64,000 bases of DNA from positions 231,323-295,322 of the forward strand of contig CAWGYJ010000008.1 of assembly GCA_963826895.1 (NCBI GenBank), in the 5' to 3' direction. The DNA is from an uncultured Solirubrobacterales bacterium (GTDB taxonomy: Bacteria; Actinomycetota; Thermoleophilia; Solirubrobacterales; Solirubrobacteraceae). Positions within the stretch are counted from its first letter, which is position 1, and the number at the start of each line of letters is the position of its first letter. The position numbers were made by a program, and so were the translations under genes. Positions 53,186-63,246 of the stretch are shown piece by piece. A model generated the notes under the pieces. It was given only the letters and a program-made list of their open reading frames with translations, ran no database searches and was not told the origin of the DNA.

Positions 53186-54364
53186 ATGCCCCCTCGGACG
53201 CGGATCGTGCTCGTCGGATCCGCGGTGATTCTGGTGATCGCGATCGTGGTCGCCGCCGGCCGCGGCAGCCCTCCTCCACTCCGACTGCCATCCGGGCGAC
53301 TGACCTGGTCGGCGACGCCGCTGGGCTACGCCTCCGGGCACGATCCGCAGTTCGTCGCGCGCGCGGTGTCGGGAAGCGCGTACGTGCTGTTCGCCAAGAG
53401 CCCCGGCGGTGTGCTCGCGACGGCGGCGCGGGTGGCACGCTGGCGGCCTGAGATCAACGCGGCCGTGGCCGGCAGCGGGATCGACCCCAACGTGCTGGAA
53501 GGGCTGGTGTTCCTCGAGAGCGCCGGCGACCCGAACGCGCTCGCCGGAGCCGACGCGGCGGACGCGGCGGGGCTCACCCAGATCCTCGCCCAGACCGGCT
53601 CATCGCTGCTCGGGATGAAGATCAACCTTGCTCAGAGCCGCCGCTTGACCGGCGAGATCGACGCGGCCTACTCCGCGGGCAATGTCGCGCTCGAGACACA
53701 GTTGCAGCGCCGGCGGGCTCGGATCGACGCACGGTTCGACCCGCCGCGAGCGCTCGCCGCCACGGTGCGTTACCTGAAGCTCGCCGAGCGGGACCTGGGC
53801 GGCCGTCTCGACCTCGCCGTCGTCGCCTACCACATGGGAATCGGCAACCTCCAGCGCGTCCTGTCGCTGTACGGCGGGGGCGTCGTTCCCTACGTGAAGC
53901 TGTACTTCGACACGTATCCGAACAATCACGCCGCGGCCTACAACCTGCTGTCCACGCTCGGCGACGACTCGAACCTGTACTGGTGGCGAGTGCTCGGCGC
54001 GGTGCAGATCATGCACCTGTACCGCACCGATCCGAGCGCGTTGCGGCGGGTGGTGGCGGACGAGCTCGCGCCGCGCCGGATGAGCTCAGGGGCGCTCGCG
54101 CCGGCCGCCGTCGATCTGCTCGCCGAGCTCCAGTACTCGGTCAAGCAGTTGTGGCCCGGACGCGTCCCGCTGCAAGTAGCCACGCGGGGCGGGCTCACGT
54201 TCTCGATCCGGCGGCGGTACGCCAGCTACGCGCAGGCGGCCGCGTTCCAGGCGGTGCTCGATCGCCTCCAGGCGCTCTCGCTGATCAACTGGGCGCGGAC
54301 GCGGACGCGAATCGACGTGACGGTCGCGCCCGGCGCCGCGTCGTATCTCGTCAAGGGGCCCTGA
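53186..54364 (+). CDS. Membrane-anchored SLT-type lytic transglycosylase
   Basis: N-terminal TM; LES (catalytic E), GLTQI and AYHMG motifs. Confidence 0.82.
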   Translation: MPPRTRIVLVGSAVILVIAIVVAAGRGSPPPLRLPSGRLTWSATPLGYASGHDPQFVARAVSGSAYVLFAKSPGGVLATAARVARWRPEINAAVAGSGIDPNVLEGLVFLESAGDPNALAGADAADAAGLTQILAQTGSSLLGMKINLAQSRRLTGEIDAAYSAGNVALETQLQRRRARIDARFDPPRALAATVRYLKLAERDLGGRLDLAVVAYHMGIGNLQRVLSLYGGGVVPYVKLYFDTYPNNHAAAYNLLSTLGDDSNLYWWRVLGAVQIMHLYRTDPSALRRVVADELAPRRMSSGALAPAAVDLLAELQYSVKQLWPGRVPLQVATRGGLTFSIRRRYASYAQAAAFQAVLDRLQALSLINWARTRTRIDVTVAPGAASYLVKGP

Positions 54365-55230
54365 CCGCGACGATGCTCATGATGTCGCCGGGATTGATCC
54401 GGATCGTCCTCTCCTCAGCGTGGAGTGCTGTCAGCGTTCGCTGAAGCGTCTTGGATCCCGGCAACCCGGCGCGCCGCAGGCGGTCGGCAGCGAAGCGGGC
54501 GCTGACGCGCCGCCCGACTGTGATACTCGATCGGCTCGAGCCCGCACTCGCGCAGCAGTCGCTCGAGGGTGGGGCGCGAGAAGAAGAAGTAGTGGTCAGG
54601 TATCAGCTGCCGCCAGCGCGTCGGGGCGAGCCTGAACCAGACGTTGTCGACGGTCGGCGTCTCGATCAGCACGGTGCCGCCCGGGCGGAGCAGCTCGGCG
54701 ACACGCTCGAGGGTCTCGTGCGGGGAGTCGAGGTGCTCGATCACGTGCAGCATCGTGATCGCGTCGAAGCCGCTCTGCTCGATGCCGGCGAGCGTGCCCG
54801 TGCGGACGTTCAGGCCGGCGGCACGGGCCTGAGCGCTCGTGATCGGGTCGGGCTCGATGCCGGCGGCCTCCGGGAAGGTGGTTTGCGCGACGGCGAGGAA
54901 CGTGCCCGTGGCGGCGCCGACGTCGAGCAGGCTGTCTCGTCTCCCGACGTGGCCGAGCAGGCGTTGAAGCCGCTCTTGGTCCGCACGGATGCGCAATGGC
55001 CGTTCGGCGTCCTCGACGTGGTGATCGACGAGACCCAGGGTCGCGACCTGCGCCGCGAGCTTGTGGGAACGCTCCTCGTCTGCGCCGTCGGCGAACGTGA
55101 AGTCGCTGCGTCTGGTGCCGACGTAGACGAGGCCGCAGTTGCGGCAGCGGACCAGCGAGCCGTCGAGGAGCGGCGAGTCGAGCAGGTGCTCGGGGTCGCC
55201 GGTACCGCACAGGTCACACGCTTTGTGCAT
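54351..55230 (-). CDS. Class I SAM-dependent methyltransferase with an N-terminal Zn ribbon (frameshift near 54520)
   Basis: CDLC..CRNC, LDVGAATG, HVIEHL, ETP and DHYFFFS. The probable C-terminus INPGDIMSIVAVRAP lies in a shifted frame. Confidence 0.8.
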
Positions 55231-55252
55231 AGGCGGGATATATTCGCGGCCC

Positions 55253-56135
55253 ATGACCGATGCCGTCAGAACACCGGACGAGCTGCTCGAGGGTCTGCCC
55301 GAGTTCCCGTTCGAGCCTTCGTACCGGTCGGTCGACGGGCTGCGGCTGGCGCACATCGATTCCGGCCAGGGCGCGCCGGTCGTGTTCTTCCACGGCGAGC
55401 CGACGTGGTCGTTCCTGTGGCGCAAGGTGATCCCGCCCGTGCGCGACGCCGGGTTCCGCTGCATCGCGCCCGACCTGCCGGGCTTCGGACGCTCCGACAA
55501 GCCGACGGCGCTCGACTGGTACAGCTACGACCAGCACGTGGCTTGCATGGCGCCGCTGCTCTCGGATCTGGACCTTCGTGACGCCACGGTGGTGGTGCAC
55601 GACTGGGGCGGCCCGATCGGGCTGCGGCTGGCGGTGGAGCACCCCGACCGTGTGGCGCGGATCGTGGTGCTCGACACCGGGCTGTTCACCGGCCACCAGA
55701 AGATGACCGACGCTTGGATCGCGTTCCGGGACTTCGTTCAGCGGACCGAGGACCTGCCCGTCGGGTTCCTGGTGCGCGGCGCGTGCAAGACGGATCCGGG
55801 CGACGAGGTGATCGCGGCTTACGAGGCGCCGTATGTCGAGTCCGGAGTCGAAGGCCGGTGCGCGCGCGTTCCCGCTGATGCTGCCGACGGACCCGTCGAT
55901 GCCGGGCGCTGCTGCGGGACAGCGCGTGCTGGATGCGTTGAAGGGGGACGAGCGCCCGAAGCTGTTCCTGTGGGCCGACTCGGACCCGGTGATCCCGCTG
56001 GAAACCGGGCACCGGTTCGCGGCGTCGCTCGGTGGCTCAGTGGATCACGTGATCCCGGACGCGAGCCACTTCCTGCAGGAGGACGCCGGCCCCGTGATCG
56101 GGGCCCACATCGCGGATTGGCTTACCTCTGCGTGA
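55253..56135 (+). CDS. Haloalkane dehalogenase (frameshift near 55840)
   Basis: RTPDE, HGEPTWSFLW, GFGRSDKP and HDWGG; continues KAGARAFP..ASHFLQED in the next frame. Confidence 0.88.
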
Positions 56136-56148
56136 GTCGGTGCATGGA

Positions 56149-56167
56149 ACTTCCGCTGTGCGGAAGT
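56149..56167. terminator. Hairpin between convergent genes
   Basis: ACTTCCGC-TGT-GCGGAAGT. Confidence 0.4.
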
Positions 56168-56178
56168 AACGCGCAGCG

Positions 56179-57123
56179 CTAGACGGGCTGGGTCTCCCGC
56201 TCCGGCGCGGGGGCGGCTGCCGGAGCGGGGGCGGCGGCCGGAGCGGCCTCGTGTGCGACCGTGGGACCGTCGCCCGCCTCGCGGGCGACCGTCGACGCCA
56301 TCCGCGCCTCGTACGCCGCACGGGCGCCGTGATCGGGCGCCATCAGCACCTGGTCGCCCTTGAGCGTGCGCGCGATCCGCTCCATCACGCGGCGCGGCAC
56401 GAGCGCCTGCGAGCGGAACAGCGTGCCAACCGACTTCGGCACGAACACGTCGAAGCGGCCGGTCTGGAGCGCCTCGACGATCGCCGCCGCCACGTCCTCG
56501 GGCTCGACCGCCTTGAACCCGCGCGTCTCGGGCAGGCCTGAACCCAACTCCGTGTGGACCACGATCGGCATCACGACGGAGGTCCAGATGTCGGTGTCGC
56601 GGACCTCGGCACGGATCGCCTCGGTCAGCCCGACGACGGCGTGCTTGGTGGCGCAATAGGTCGCGCCCCCCGGGAACCCGGCCTTGCCGGCGGCGCTCGC
56701 GATGTTCACGAGGTGACCGCGGCCGCGCGGAAGGAAGCGCTCCAAGGCCAGCTTCGAGCCGTAGATCACACCGTGGAGGTTGATGTCGATCATCCGGTGT
56801 GCGGTCGCGTCGCTCTCCTCCACAAACGGGCCGATCGGCATGATCCCGGCGTTGTTGATGAGGGCGTCGAGCGGGCCGAGCCGCGACTCGACCTCGGTCA
56901 GGAAGGCGTCGAAGCTGGCGCGGTCGGTGACGTCGAGCGGCAGCCCGATCGTGCCGCCGCCGAGCTCCTCGGCGGTGCGCTCGGCGAGCGGCGCCTCGAT
57001 GTCGCCGATCGCGACCTTCGCGCCCTGCGTGATCAGCGCCGCGGCGGTCGCCCGGCCGATCCCGCGCGCGCCACCGGTGATCGCAACAACCTGCCCGGCA
57101 AGCGAGCGTGTGACCTTGGCCAT
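56179..57123 (-). CDS. SDR-family oxidoreductase
   Basis: TGGARGIG, NNAG and YCATK motifs. Confidence 0.92.
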   Translation of the reverse strand: MAKVTRSLAGQVVAITGGARGIGRATAAALITQGAKVAIGDIEAPLAERTAEELGGGTIGLPLDVTDRASFDAFLTEVESRLGPLDALINNAGIMPIGPFVEESDATAHRMIDINLHGVIYGSKLALERFLPRGRGHLVNIASAAGKAGFPGGATYCATKHAVVGLTEAIRAEVRDTDIWTSVVMPIVVHTELGSGLPETRGFKAVEPEDVAAAIVEALQTGRFDVFVPKSVGTLFRSQALVPRRVMERIARTLKGDQVLMAPDHGARAAYEARMASTVAREAGDGPTVAHEAAPAAAPAPAAAPAPERETQPV

Positions 57124-57203
57124 GGAACTAACCCTCCTGGATCATGCTGAACGAGCGGAAAGCGGAAGTATCGCGGGTCGGCGCAGCCGGCGCTGCGAGG
57201 GCG

Positions 57204-60200
57204 TCAGCCGTGTGCGCTCAGAACGAACGTGGCCGCGTTGTGGTGGCCCTTGGTCGTCACGCGCGCGGTGACCGTGAGCTGGTGGCGCTTGGCCAGCAGC
57301 TTCCGGCCCGCCTTCGTCAGCTTGATCTCGACCTTGTTCGCGTGCGAGCCAGGCTTGCCGTGGAAGTGCGCCGAGCCGAGGACGACCACGCGCGCGATGT
57401 CGGCCTGCGTGCCGGTCGGGCTCGTTTGCAACGTGGCCGCGCCCGAGCACGTCGTGCCCGCCAGGCACCAGACGTCGAGCGACACATCGCCCTGGCCGTT
57501 GGGTGAGAGCGACCCAGGCGCAACCGCCGGGCCGGCCGACTTCGACGGGGACGGCACGAGGCAGCGTGAGAACTCGGAGGTGCCGTCGGGGCCGGTGGCG
57601 GTCGCGGTGATCACCTGCTTTCCGCTGGGAAGCGACACCGTGGTGTCGATCGTTCCGAGTCCGGTGCCGTCAGTGTGCACGACGATCGACTTGAGGAATG
57701 TCTGGCCCTCGCCATTGCCGCTGGGGCTACAGGCCGCACTGGCAAACAGCTCGACCGTGTAGTCGCGGTCGGTGCTCGAGTTCAGCGAGCCGACGACCTC
57801 GGCGGACCCGTGTGCGCCAGCCGCCCCCGCGAACACGGGGTAGTTCTGAAGCCCGTTCGGGCCGGGGACCGAGCCGCCGTTGTGGTTGGGCGTGACATCG
57901 AAGTTGATCCCACCGCCCGGGGCATCACCCAGCAGATCGATCCCCAGACCGACTCCCACGTCATTCGCCTTGGCGTCAGCGCCGTTCTTGTAGATCGAGT
58001 TGCGGGAGATCGCAATCGTCGGGAAGTGCCCCTCGAACGACGGGCCCGCCCACACGCCGCCATCGCCGTTGTTGGCCACCGTGTTGGTGGCAAACGAGCC
58101 GGTCGTGTCGCCGATCAGCCATGCGCCAACGACGTTGCCGAGCGGCGCGCCACTGCCGTTCGTGCCGATCAGGTTGCCGGTGATGTTCGCCTGGAAGCCG
58201 GGCGTCACGTCACGAGGTGTCCGCCGATCCGCGCTGGCGCTCGACGACTGGCCGGTGAGATCCGCATCGAGGCCGCCGGGCGTGAGGTTGGTCCCCCCGC
58301 CACCGCCGGACGCCGCCACCGCGAGGGCATCCTCGTCGGCTGGAGCGCTCAGCGCCGCGGTCTGATCGTCCAGGGTCACCTGAGTGGCGGTCGGCGACGC
58401 CGCCTTCAGCTCCGTCGGAGTGGGCTCGAAGTGGGCGAACACGATGCCCAGGAAGTTGTTCACCGCCTGGTTGCCCTGGATCGTCGACGCCGCCGCCTGG
58501 AACACGCCGATTCCGAGGAGGCTCGTGGCGGCCTGGTTGCTCTGAACCGTCACGCCGTGTCCTCCGCCCACGGTTATGCCCAGCCCGGTCAGCTCGACCG
58601 TGTTGCCGGAGATCGTGTCGCCCGGGGGATTCACATCGAGGATCCCGAGAATCGAGCCGAGCTGGCCGACGGCTGTCACCGTGCTCCACGCCGGTGGCGC
58701 CCCTGTGGCGCTCGGGACGTAGCCGACCGTGTTGTCGGTGATCTGGTTCGAGAGCGAGCTGGGACCGCTGAACGCGAAGATGCCGAACAGGTCGCCGAGC
58801 ACCTGATTGTGCGCGACCGTCGTATGGCCGGTGTCGCTCAGGATGATGCCGATCAGGTTGTGCAGGCCCGGGTTCGGACTGCTGCCGGTGAGTGAGCTGA
58901 GCAGATCGCTGAACGGCTGGTTCGTGCCGACCTGGTTGCCGGAGATCGTCGCCCCGGAAACTCCGCCCACGATCACTCCGAGCGCGTTACCCTGGACCGT
59001 GTTGCCGGTGCTCGAGCTTCCGCCGATGACCAATGCGGGCAGGTGTCCGAGAGCCGCGATGCCGACCGCGTTGCCGATCACGTCGCCGACCACGCCGGAG
59101 GAGTCCGGTCCGATCTTGTTGCCCTGAATCTCGACATCCGCAGCCGACCCTGCCTCCGCGGTGACGTCGATCCCGACCACCGCATCCGTCACGACGTTGC
59201 CGCTGATCGACGCTCCCGAGATGTCGCCACCGTCGGGCGCGACCTGAATCCCGGCAGACAACGCCGTATGCCCCAGTTCCGGCGTAGACGGACCCGACCG
59301 GCTGCCGTTGGGCGCCAGCCCCAGCCAGTTGCCCTCCACGTCGGCGTCGTCGCCACCCGAGCCGATGCGGATCCCGGCGCCAAAGCCCAGTGCCGTGGCC
59401 TCGGCCTCCGCCGGGTCCGGCGGCGTCGCCACATCGACATCCGACAGCGAGTGGATCTCGCCCACCGGGTCGCCGGCGTCGGCGATCACGTTGCGATCGG
59501 CTGCCCCCGTGCCACCGATCGTCGCGTCCGGCGAGTCAACCTCGATCCCGACGGCGTTCGGCGCGTCCGGGTACGTGCTGCCCGTCGCCGGTTGCGTGCC
59601 CAGCCAGTTGCCGGTCACGCTGTCCCCGCCGTCGTCCTTCAAGGCGATTCCGTCGCCGGAGAAATCGCTGATGTACATCCCCTGCACGGAGCTGTCGCCC
59701 CCGTCGAGTTCCAGGCCGTTCGCACCGTTCCCCGCCGAGGTGCCGTCGAGCTCGATACCCGGTTGGCCGGTCGTCGTACCGGGCTGAGTCGTTCCGTCGA
59801 TCGTCAGCTGGCCGGTCGCGGCCGGCAGTGGTGATGCCGGGCTGATCACGGGCGTCCCGGTGACGCCGGTGATGTCGAAATCGATCTCCTGCGGCCCGCT
59901 GAGCGAGTTCGCGAGCTGGATCGCCGAGCGCAGCGTGCACGTGTTCGCGGTGCTCAGGCAGGTGCCGTTGGCGACGCTGTCGCTCGCCTCGGGCTGGTCG
60001 CCGGCGCTGGTGACGACGATGCCCTGCTTGAGCAGGAAGCCGACCTGGTTCCCAGTTGTGGTGTCAGCGGCGATCCCGGCGATGTCGCCGTTGTCGTTGA
60101 TCGCAAGCGCGTCTATCAGTATGAGGTTGGAGTTCGCGGGCAGCAGCGAGTTCAGGTTGACGACAGTGCCGTCGGGCTTCAGCAACGCGGCGGCGGCGAT

Positions 60201-61160
60201 TGCCTGTCCGTCGTAGGTGCCCGCGATCGTGCCCACCACGTCGTGCTCGGCGTTGACGCCGTTGTAGGCGATCAGCCCGGTGAGCGGGGTCTCGGTGCCG
60301 CTCGGAAGCCTCAGGTAGTACGTCTTGGCATTGTCGGGTCCCTTGTAGCCGAGCACGGTGCCGTCGCTGGCGAGATCGTTCGCCTCGAGCGAGAGGTCAG
60401 CGTCGCCGGTGAGGAGGTGGTCGCCGCTGTAGGACGGGGTCAGGTCGATCGCCGTCCCGGCCGCGCTTGGGTTGGTGCCGGACCACAGGTAGTACGTGGT
60501 GACGCCGGCGCCGCTCGAGGTGTCGACGGTCTCGCCGAGGATCGTGCTTCCGTCGGGGGTGATCGCGTCGGCGCTCGAGTCACCCTCGCTCGGCTCGTTG
60601 GCGGTCCCGACCTCGGTCAGAGTTCCGTTGTGATCGATCCAGCCGCGCTGCCCCAGATCGATCAGCGATTGCCCGGAACCGGAGTACGCCGCCGAGGTGC
60701 CGACGATGTCTCCAGCCGTATCGATGTCATTCGCCACGGCGAAGTCGCCGCCGGAGGGGGTGTCCGGACTGAACGGCCCGATCTCGGTCGGCGAGGTCGC
60801 CGCGATGCCGCTCCAGAAGGCGGCGTGAACTTCGCTGGTGCTGGTGGTCCCGGCCCAGCCGACGATCGTCCCGTTAGTGTTGACGGCAGCAGCGTCGGTG
60901 TCGGCCGGCGAGTCGAAACTGGGCAGCGCCGTCAGCGTCCCCTTCGACCACACCGCGGCGCCGTCCGTGTCCTGATCCTGCCCGACGACCACGTCGTTTC
61001 CGTTGAGCCCGGTCGGGACGATGTCGCCGAGGTTGAACACGGCGTTCGCCTGCGCGCTCGCGACCGGGAAGAGGCAGACGGTCGCCACGACGAGAGCGAC
61101 CCGCAGCCGCACACGAACCACGCATGTTGCCCTCAGCCTCGTGCCGAATGATTTGGCCAT
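57204..61160 (-). CDS. Large secreted surface protein: HAF-type propeller, CSLREA-like motif, parallel beta-helix, Ig-like domain and basic C-terminal domain
   Basis: Signal peptide; AxxINxxGxIVG repeats; CTLRSAI; many GNxIG/I-x-I repeats; NGLQNYPV..GEGQTFL..TSEFS. Confidence 0.85.
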   Translation of the reverse strand: MAKSFGTRLRATCVVRVRLRVALVVATVCLFPVASAQANAVFNLGDIVPTGLNGNDVVVGQDQDTDGAAVWSKGTLTALPSFDSPADTDAAAVNTNGTIVGWAGTTSTSEVHAAFWSGIAATSPTEIGPFSPDTPSGGDFAVANDIDTAGDIVGTSAAYSGSGQSLIDLGQRGWIDHNGTLTEVGTANEPSEGDSSADAITPDGSTILGETVDTSSGAGVTTYYLWSGTNPSAAGTAIDLTPSYSGDHLLTGDADLSLEANDLASDGTVLGYKGPDNAKTYYLRLPSGTETPLTGLIAYNGVNAEHDVVGTIAGTYDGQAIAAAALLKPDGTVVNLNSLLPANSNLILIDALAINDNGDIAGIAADTTTGNQVGFLLKQGIVVTSAGDQPEASDSVANGTCLSTANTCTLRSAIQLANSLSGPQEIDFDITGVTGTPVISPASPLPAATGQLTIDGTTQPGTTTGQPGIELDGTSAGNGANGLELDGGDSSVQGMYISDFSGDGIALKDDGGDSVTGNWLGTQPATGSTYPDAPNAVGIEVDSPDATIGGTGAADRNVIADAGDPVGEIHSLSDVDVATPPDPAEAEATALGFGAGIRIGSGGDDADVEGNWLGLAPNGSRSGPSTPELGHTALSAGIQVAPDGGDISGASISGNVVTDAVVGIDVTAEAGSAADVEIQGNKIGPDSSGVVGDVIGNAVGIAALGHLPALVIGGSSSTGNTVQGNALGVIVGGVSGATISGNQVGTNQPFSDLLSSLTGSSPNPGLHNLIGIILSDTGHTTVAHNQVLGDLFGIFAFSGPSSLSNQITDNTVGYVPSATGAPPAWSTVTAVGQLGSILGILDVNPPGDTISGNTVELTGLGITVGGGHGVTVQSNQAATSLLGIGVFQAAASTIQGNQAVNNFLGIVFAHFEPTPTELKAASPTATQVTLDDQTAALSAPADEDALAVAASGGGGGTNLTPGGLDADLTGQSSSASADRRTPRDVTPGFQANITGNLIGTNGSGAPLGNVVGAWLIGDTTGSFATNTVANNGDGGVWAGPSFEGHFPTIAISRNSIYKNGADAKANDVGVGLGIDLLGDAPGGGINFDVTPNHNGGSVPGPNGLQNYPVFAGAAGAHGSAEVVGSLNSSTDRDYTVELFASAACSPSGNGEGQTFLKSIVVHTDGTGLGTIDTTVSLPSGKQVITATATGPDGTSEFSRCLVPSPSKSAGPAVAPGSLSPNGQGDVSLDVWCLAGTTCSGAATLQTSPTGTQADIARVVVLGSAHFHGKPGSHANKVEIKLTKAGRKLLAKRHQLTVTARVTTKGHHNAATFVLSAHG

Positions 61161-61232
61161 AGCGCCCCGTCGCCGGCGTCAAAACCGGCAAACGCTGCGC
61201 AAACCTAACAGCACCCGTCCTGTCACACAACC

Positions 61233-61258
61233 GCGCCTACGTATCCCTACGTAGGCGC
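61233..61258. terminator. Perfect 11-bp hairpin downstream of the sigma gene
   Basis: GCGCCTACGTA-TCCC-TACGTAGGCGC. Confidence 0.55.
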
Positions 61259-61265
61259 TGTTGGC

Positions 61266-63098
61266 TCAGCGGCCGCCGGGGCCCGAGTTGGAGCCACCGC
61301 CGGTGCCGCCGGTGCCGCCGCTGCCACCGCTGCCGGTGCCGCCGGTGCCGCTGCCGGACCCGCCGGAACGGCCACCGCCCGTCGGCTGCGTGGGCGAAGG
61401 CGCGGGCGCAGGGGTGGTAGTGGTGGGCGACGGGGTCGAGCTCGTGGTGGTCGTCTGGGTGGGGGTCGAGCTGGTGGTGGTGCTCGTCTTCTGAGCACTG
61501 CTGGGGGTGGTCCCGCTGGACGTCGTCGATCCGGTCGTGCCGTGGCTCGTCGCCGGACCGCCGTTGTTTCCGCCCCCGACCGGGTTCACGAAGTGGCCGC
61601 CACCGCCGCTCGTGCTGTGGCTGGAGGTCGAGGTGCCCGAGCCGCTGGTGGTCGGTGTCGGCGTGGTGGTCGGCTGGGTGCTTGCGGGGGTGCTCGGCGT
61701 CGTGGCGGCCGGGCTCGAGCTGCTGGACGCCGGAGCCGTGGGCGCCGGCTGGCTTCCGGTTCCGAACGTGCCCGCGCCGATGTAGGGCGAGCTGCCGCTG
61801 GTGCCCGATTGCCCTGATTGCGGGGTCGTCGGCTGCGCGGGAGTCACGCCGACCGGCGCCACCGGGACCAGCGGGCTGATGATCGGCTTCGACCCGACGA
61901 GGCCGGCCGGCGAGAGCGGATGCAGCACCTCCACGAGGGTCGCCTTCGAGGCGCGGCTCAGCTGGCGAGTCGCCGCGGCAGTGCCGAACGAGCGTGACGT
62001 GGCGGACGCTGCCGCTACGACTCTCGGGCCGGCGACCACCGCGGACCGGCCGGCGGCAGCTGCGGCCGGCGCGCCGGCGTGCGCGGACCGCGCGGGCGCC
62101 TTCGCCGAGGCCGCAGCGCGGTGGTGGTGCGTCGCTGCGCCGGTGGTGACCTGGATGTCGTGGACCGCGACGATCGTGCCGGCGGTCCCGACGCCCGCGA
62201 GCGCCGCTCCGAGCACGCCCTTGAGCACGCCGCCCTTGAACACGGAGCCGGCGATCGTGCTGCCGCCGACCGCGCTCGCCGTGGCGCCGGCGCCACCGCC
62301 GACGGTGGCGCCGAGCACTCCCTCTTTCAGCGCAAGCGTCGGCGCGACCGGGAGCAGCAGCCGTAGCTGGTGGCGCTGGCGGTCGACCTCCTCGCGGAAC
62401 TCGCGGCAGCCGGGGCACTCGCGCAGGTGCCGCCGCAGGTTCGCGCGGCGAAGGGCGCCGCCGCGCAGGTTCGCGAGCTGCTCGCGGATCTCCGAGCAGT
62501 CGGTCTCGCGCGCGGTGCGGCTGGCGATCAGCGATTCGCGGGCCTGGAACACGAGCGCCTTCACCTTGTCCTTCGGCACGCCGAGGACGCCGCCGATCTG
62601 CTCGTGACTGAGCGAGTCCATCTCGGACAGCACAAGCGCCGCGCGCTGCTCGTCGGGCAGCCGGCCGAGATCGAGCACGAGGTCGCGGAGGTCCTGGCGC
62701 CGCTCGACCTGGGTGGCGAGGCCCTCGGTGGCGGGCTCGTCGAGCTCGGCGACCGGCTGCTCGCGCCGGGCTCGCAGGATGGAGTAGCAGCGATTGCGTG
62801 CGATCGTGAACAGCCATGCGCGGAGGTGCATCGGCCGGTCGGTCGAGATGAGGTCGTTGTAGGCCGCCAGGAACGTGTGCTGAAGGGCATCCTCGGCCTC
62901 CTCAGCACTGCCGAGCATGTGGCGGCAGAACGACAGGATCGCGCGGTGGTGGCGATCGTAGAGCGCCTCGAACGCATTGCCCCGCCCCTGACGGATGAGG
63001 TCGACCAGGTGGGCATCGCTCGCAACGCGAAGCAATCGCGGCGATGCGATTCCCGAAACCCCTGCCGGCGCCGCCCGAGGCACCGCGCTCGCTTCCAT
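61266..63098 (-). CDS. ECF sigma factor with fused zinc-finger, TM-like segment and long S/T/G/P-rich tail
   Basis: Region 2 (AEDALQHTF, WLFTIARN), region 4 (LPDEQRAALVL), HLRECPGC, a hydrophobic stretch and about 270 aa of low complexity. Confidence 0.9.
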   Translation of the reverse strand: MEASAVPRAAPAGVSGIASPRLLRVASDAHLVDLIRQGRGNAFEALYDRHHRAILSFCRHMLGSAEEAEDALQHTFLAAYNDLISTDRPMHLRAWLFTIARNRCYSILRARREQPVAELDEPATEGLATQVERRQDLRDLVLDLGRLPDEQRAALVLSEMDSLSHEQIGGVLGVPKDKVKALVFQARESLIASRTARETDCSEIREQLANLRGGALRRANLRRHLRECPGCREFREEVDRQRHQLRLLLPVAPTLALKEGVLGATVGGGAGATASAVGGSTIAGSVFKGGVLKGVLGAALAGVGTAGTIVAVHDIQVTTGAATHHHRAAASAKAPARSAHAGAPAAAAAGRSAVVAGPRVVAAASATSRSFGTAAATRQLSRASKATLVEVLHPLSPAGLVGSKPIISPLVPVAPVGVTPAQPTTPQSGQSGTSGSSPYIGAGTFGTGSQPAPTAPASSSSSPAATTPSTPASTQPTTTPTPTTSGSGTSTSSHSTSGGGGHFVNPVGGGNNGGPATSHGTTGSTTSSGTTPSSAQKTSTTTSSTPTQTTTTSSTPSPTTTTPAPAPSPTQPTGGGRSGGSGSGTGGTGSGGSGGTGGTGGGSNSGPGGR

Positions 63099-63246
63099 AC
63101 CGAGATTATGCTCTTTTCAACGAGCTTTTGCGAGTGCCAATCCATCATCCGTCTAACGCTGCCACGGCTCGCATGTTGGCCTGTTTGGCTGGCTGGCCAG
63201 CCACCGCGAGCGGGTCGTTTCCCGCGGTCCCGCCTGGAGGCCGGGG

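Noticed and set aside
50230-54364. Methyltransferase, amidase and transglycosylase as a prophage or defence island
   Set aside because: No integrase, structural, holin or nuclease genes; the hydrolases carry host-type lipoprotein or TM anchors.
61270-61900. GGT/CCG-rich low-complexity DNA as a non-coding repeat array
   Set aside because: It encodes the Gly/Thr/Ser/Pro tail of the ECF sigma factor.
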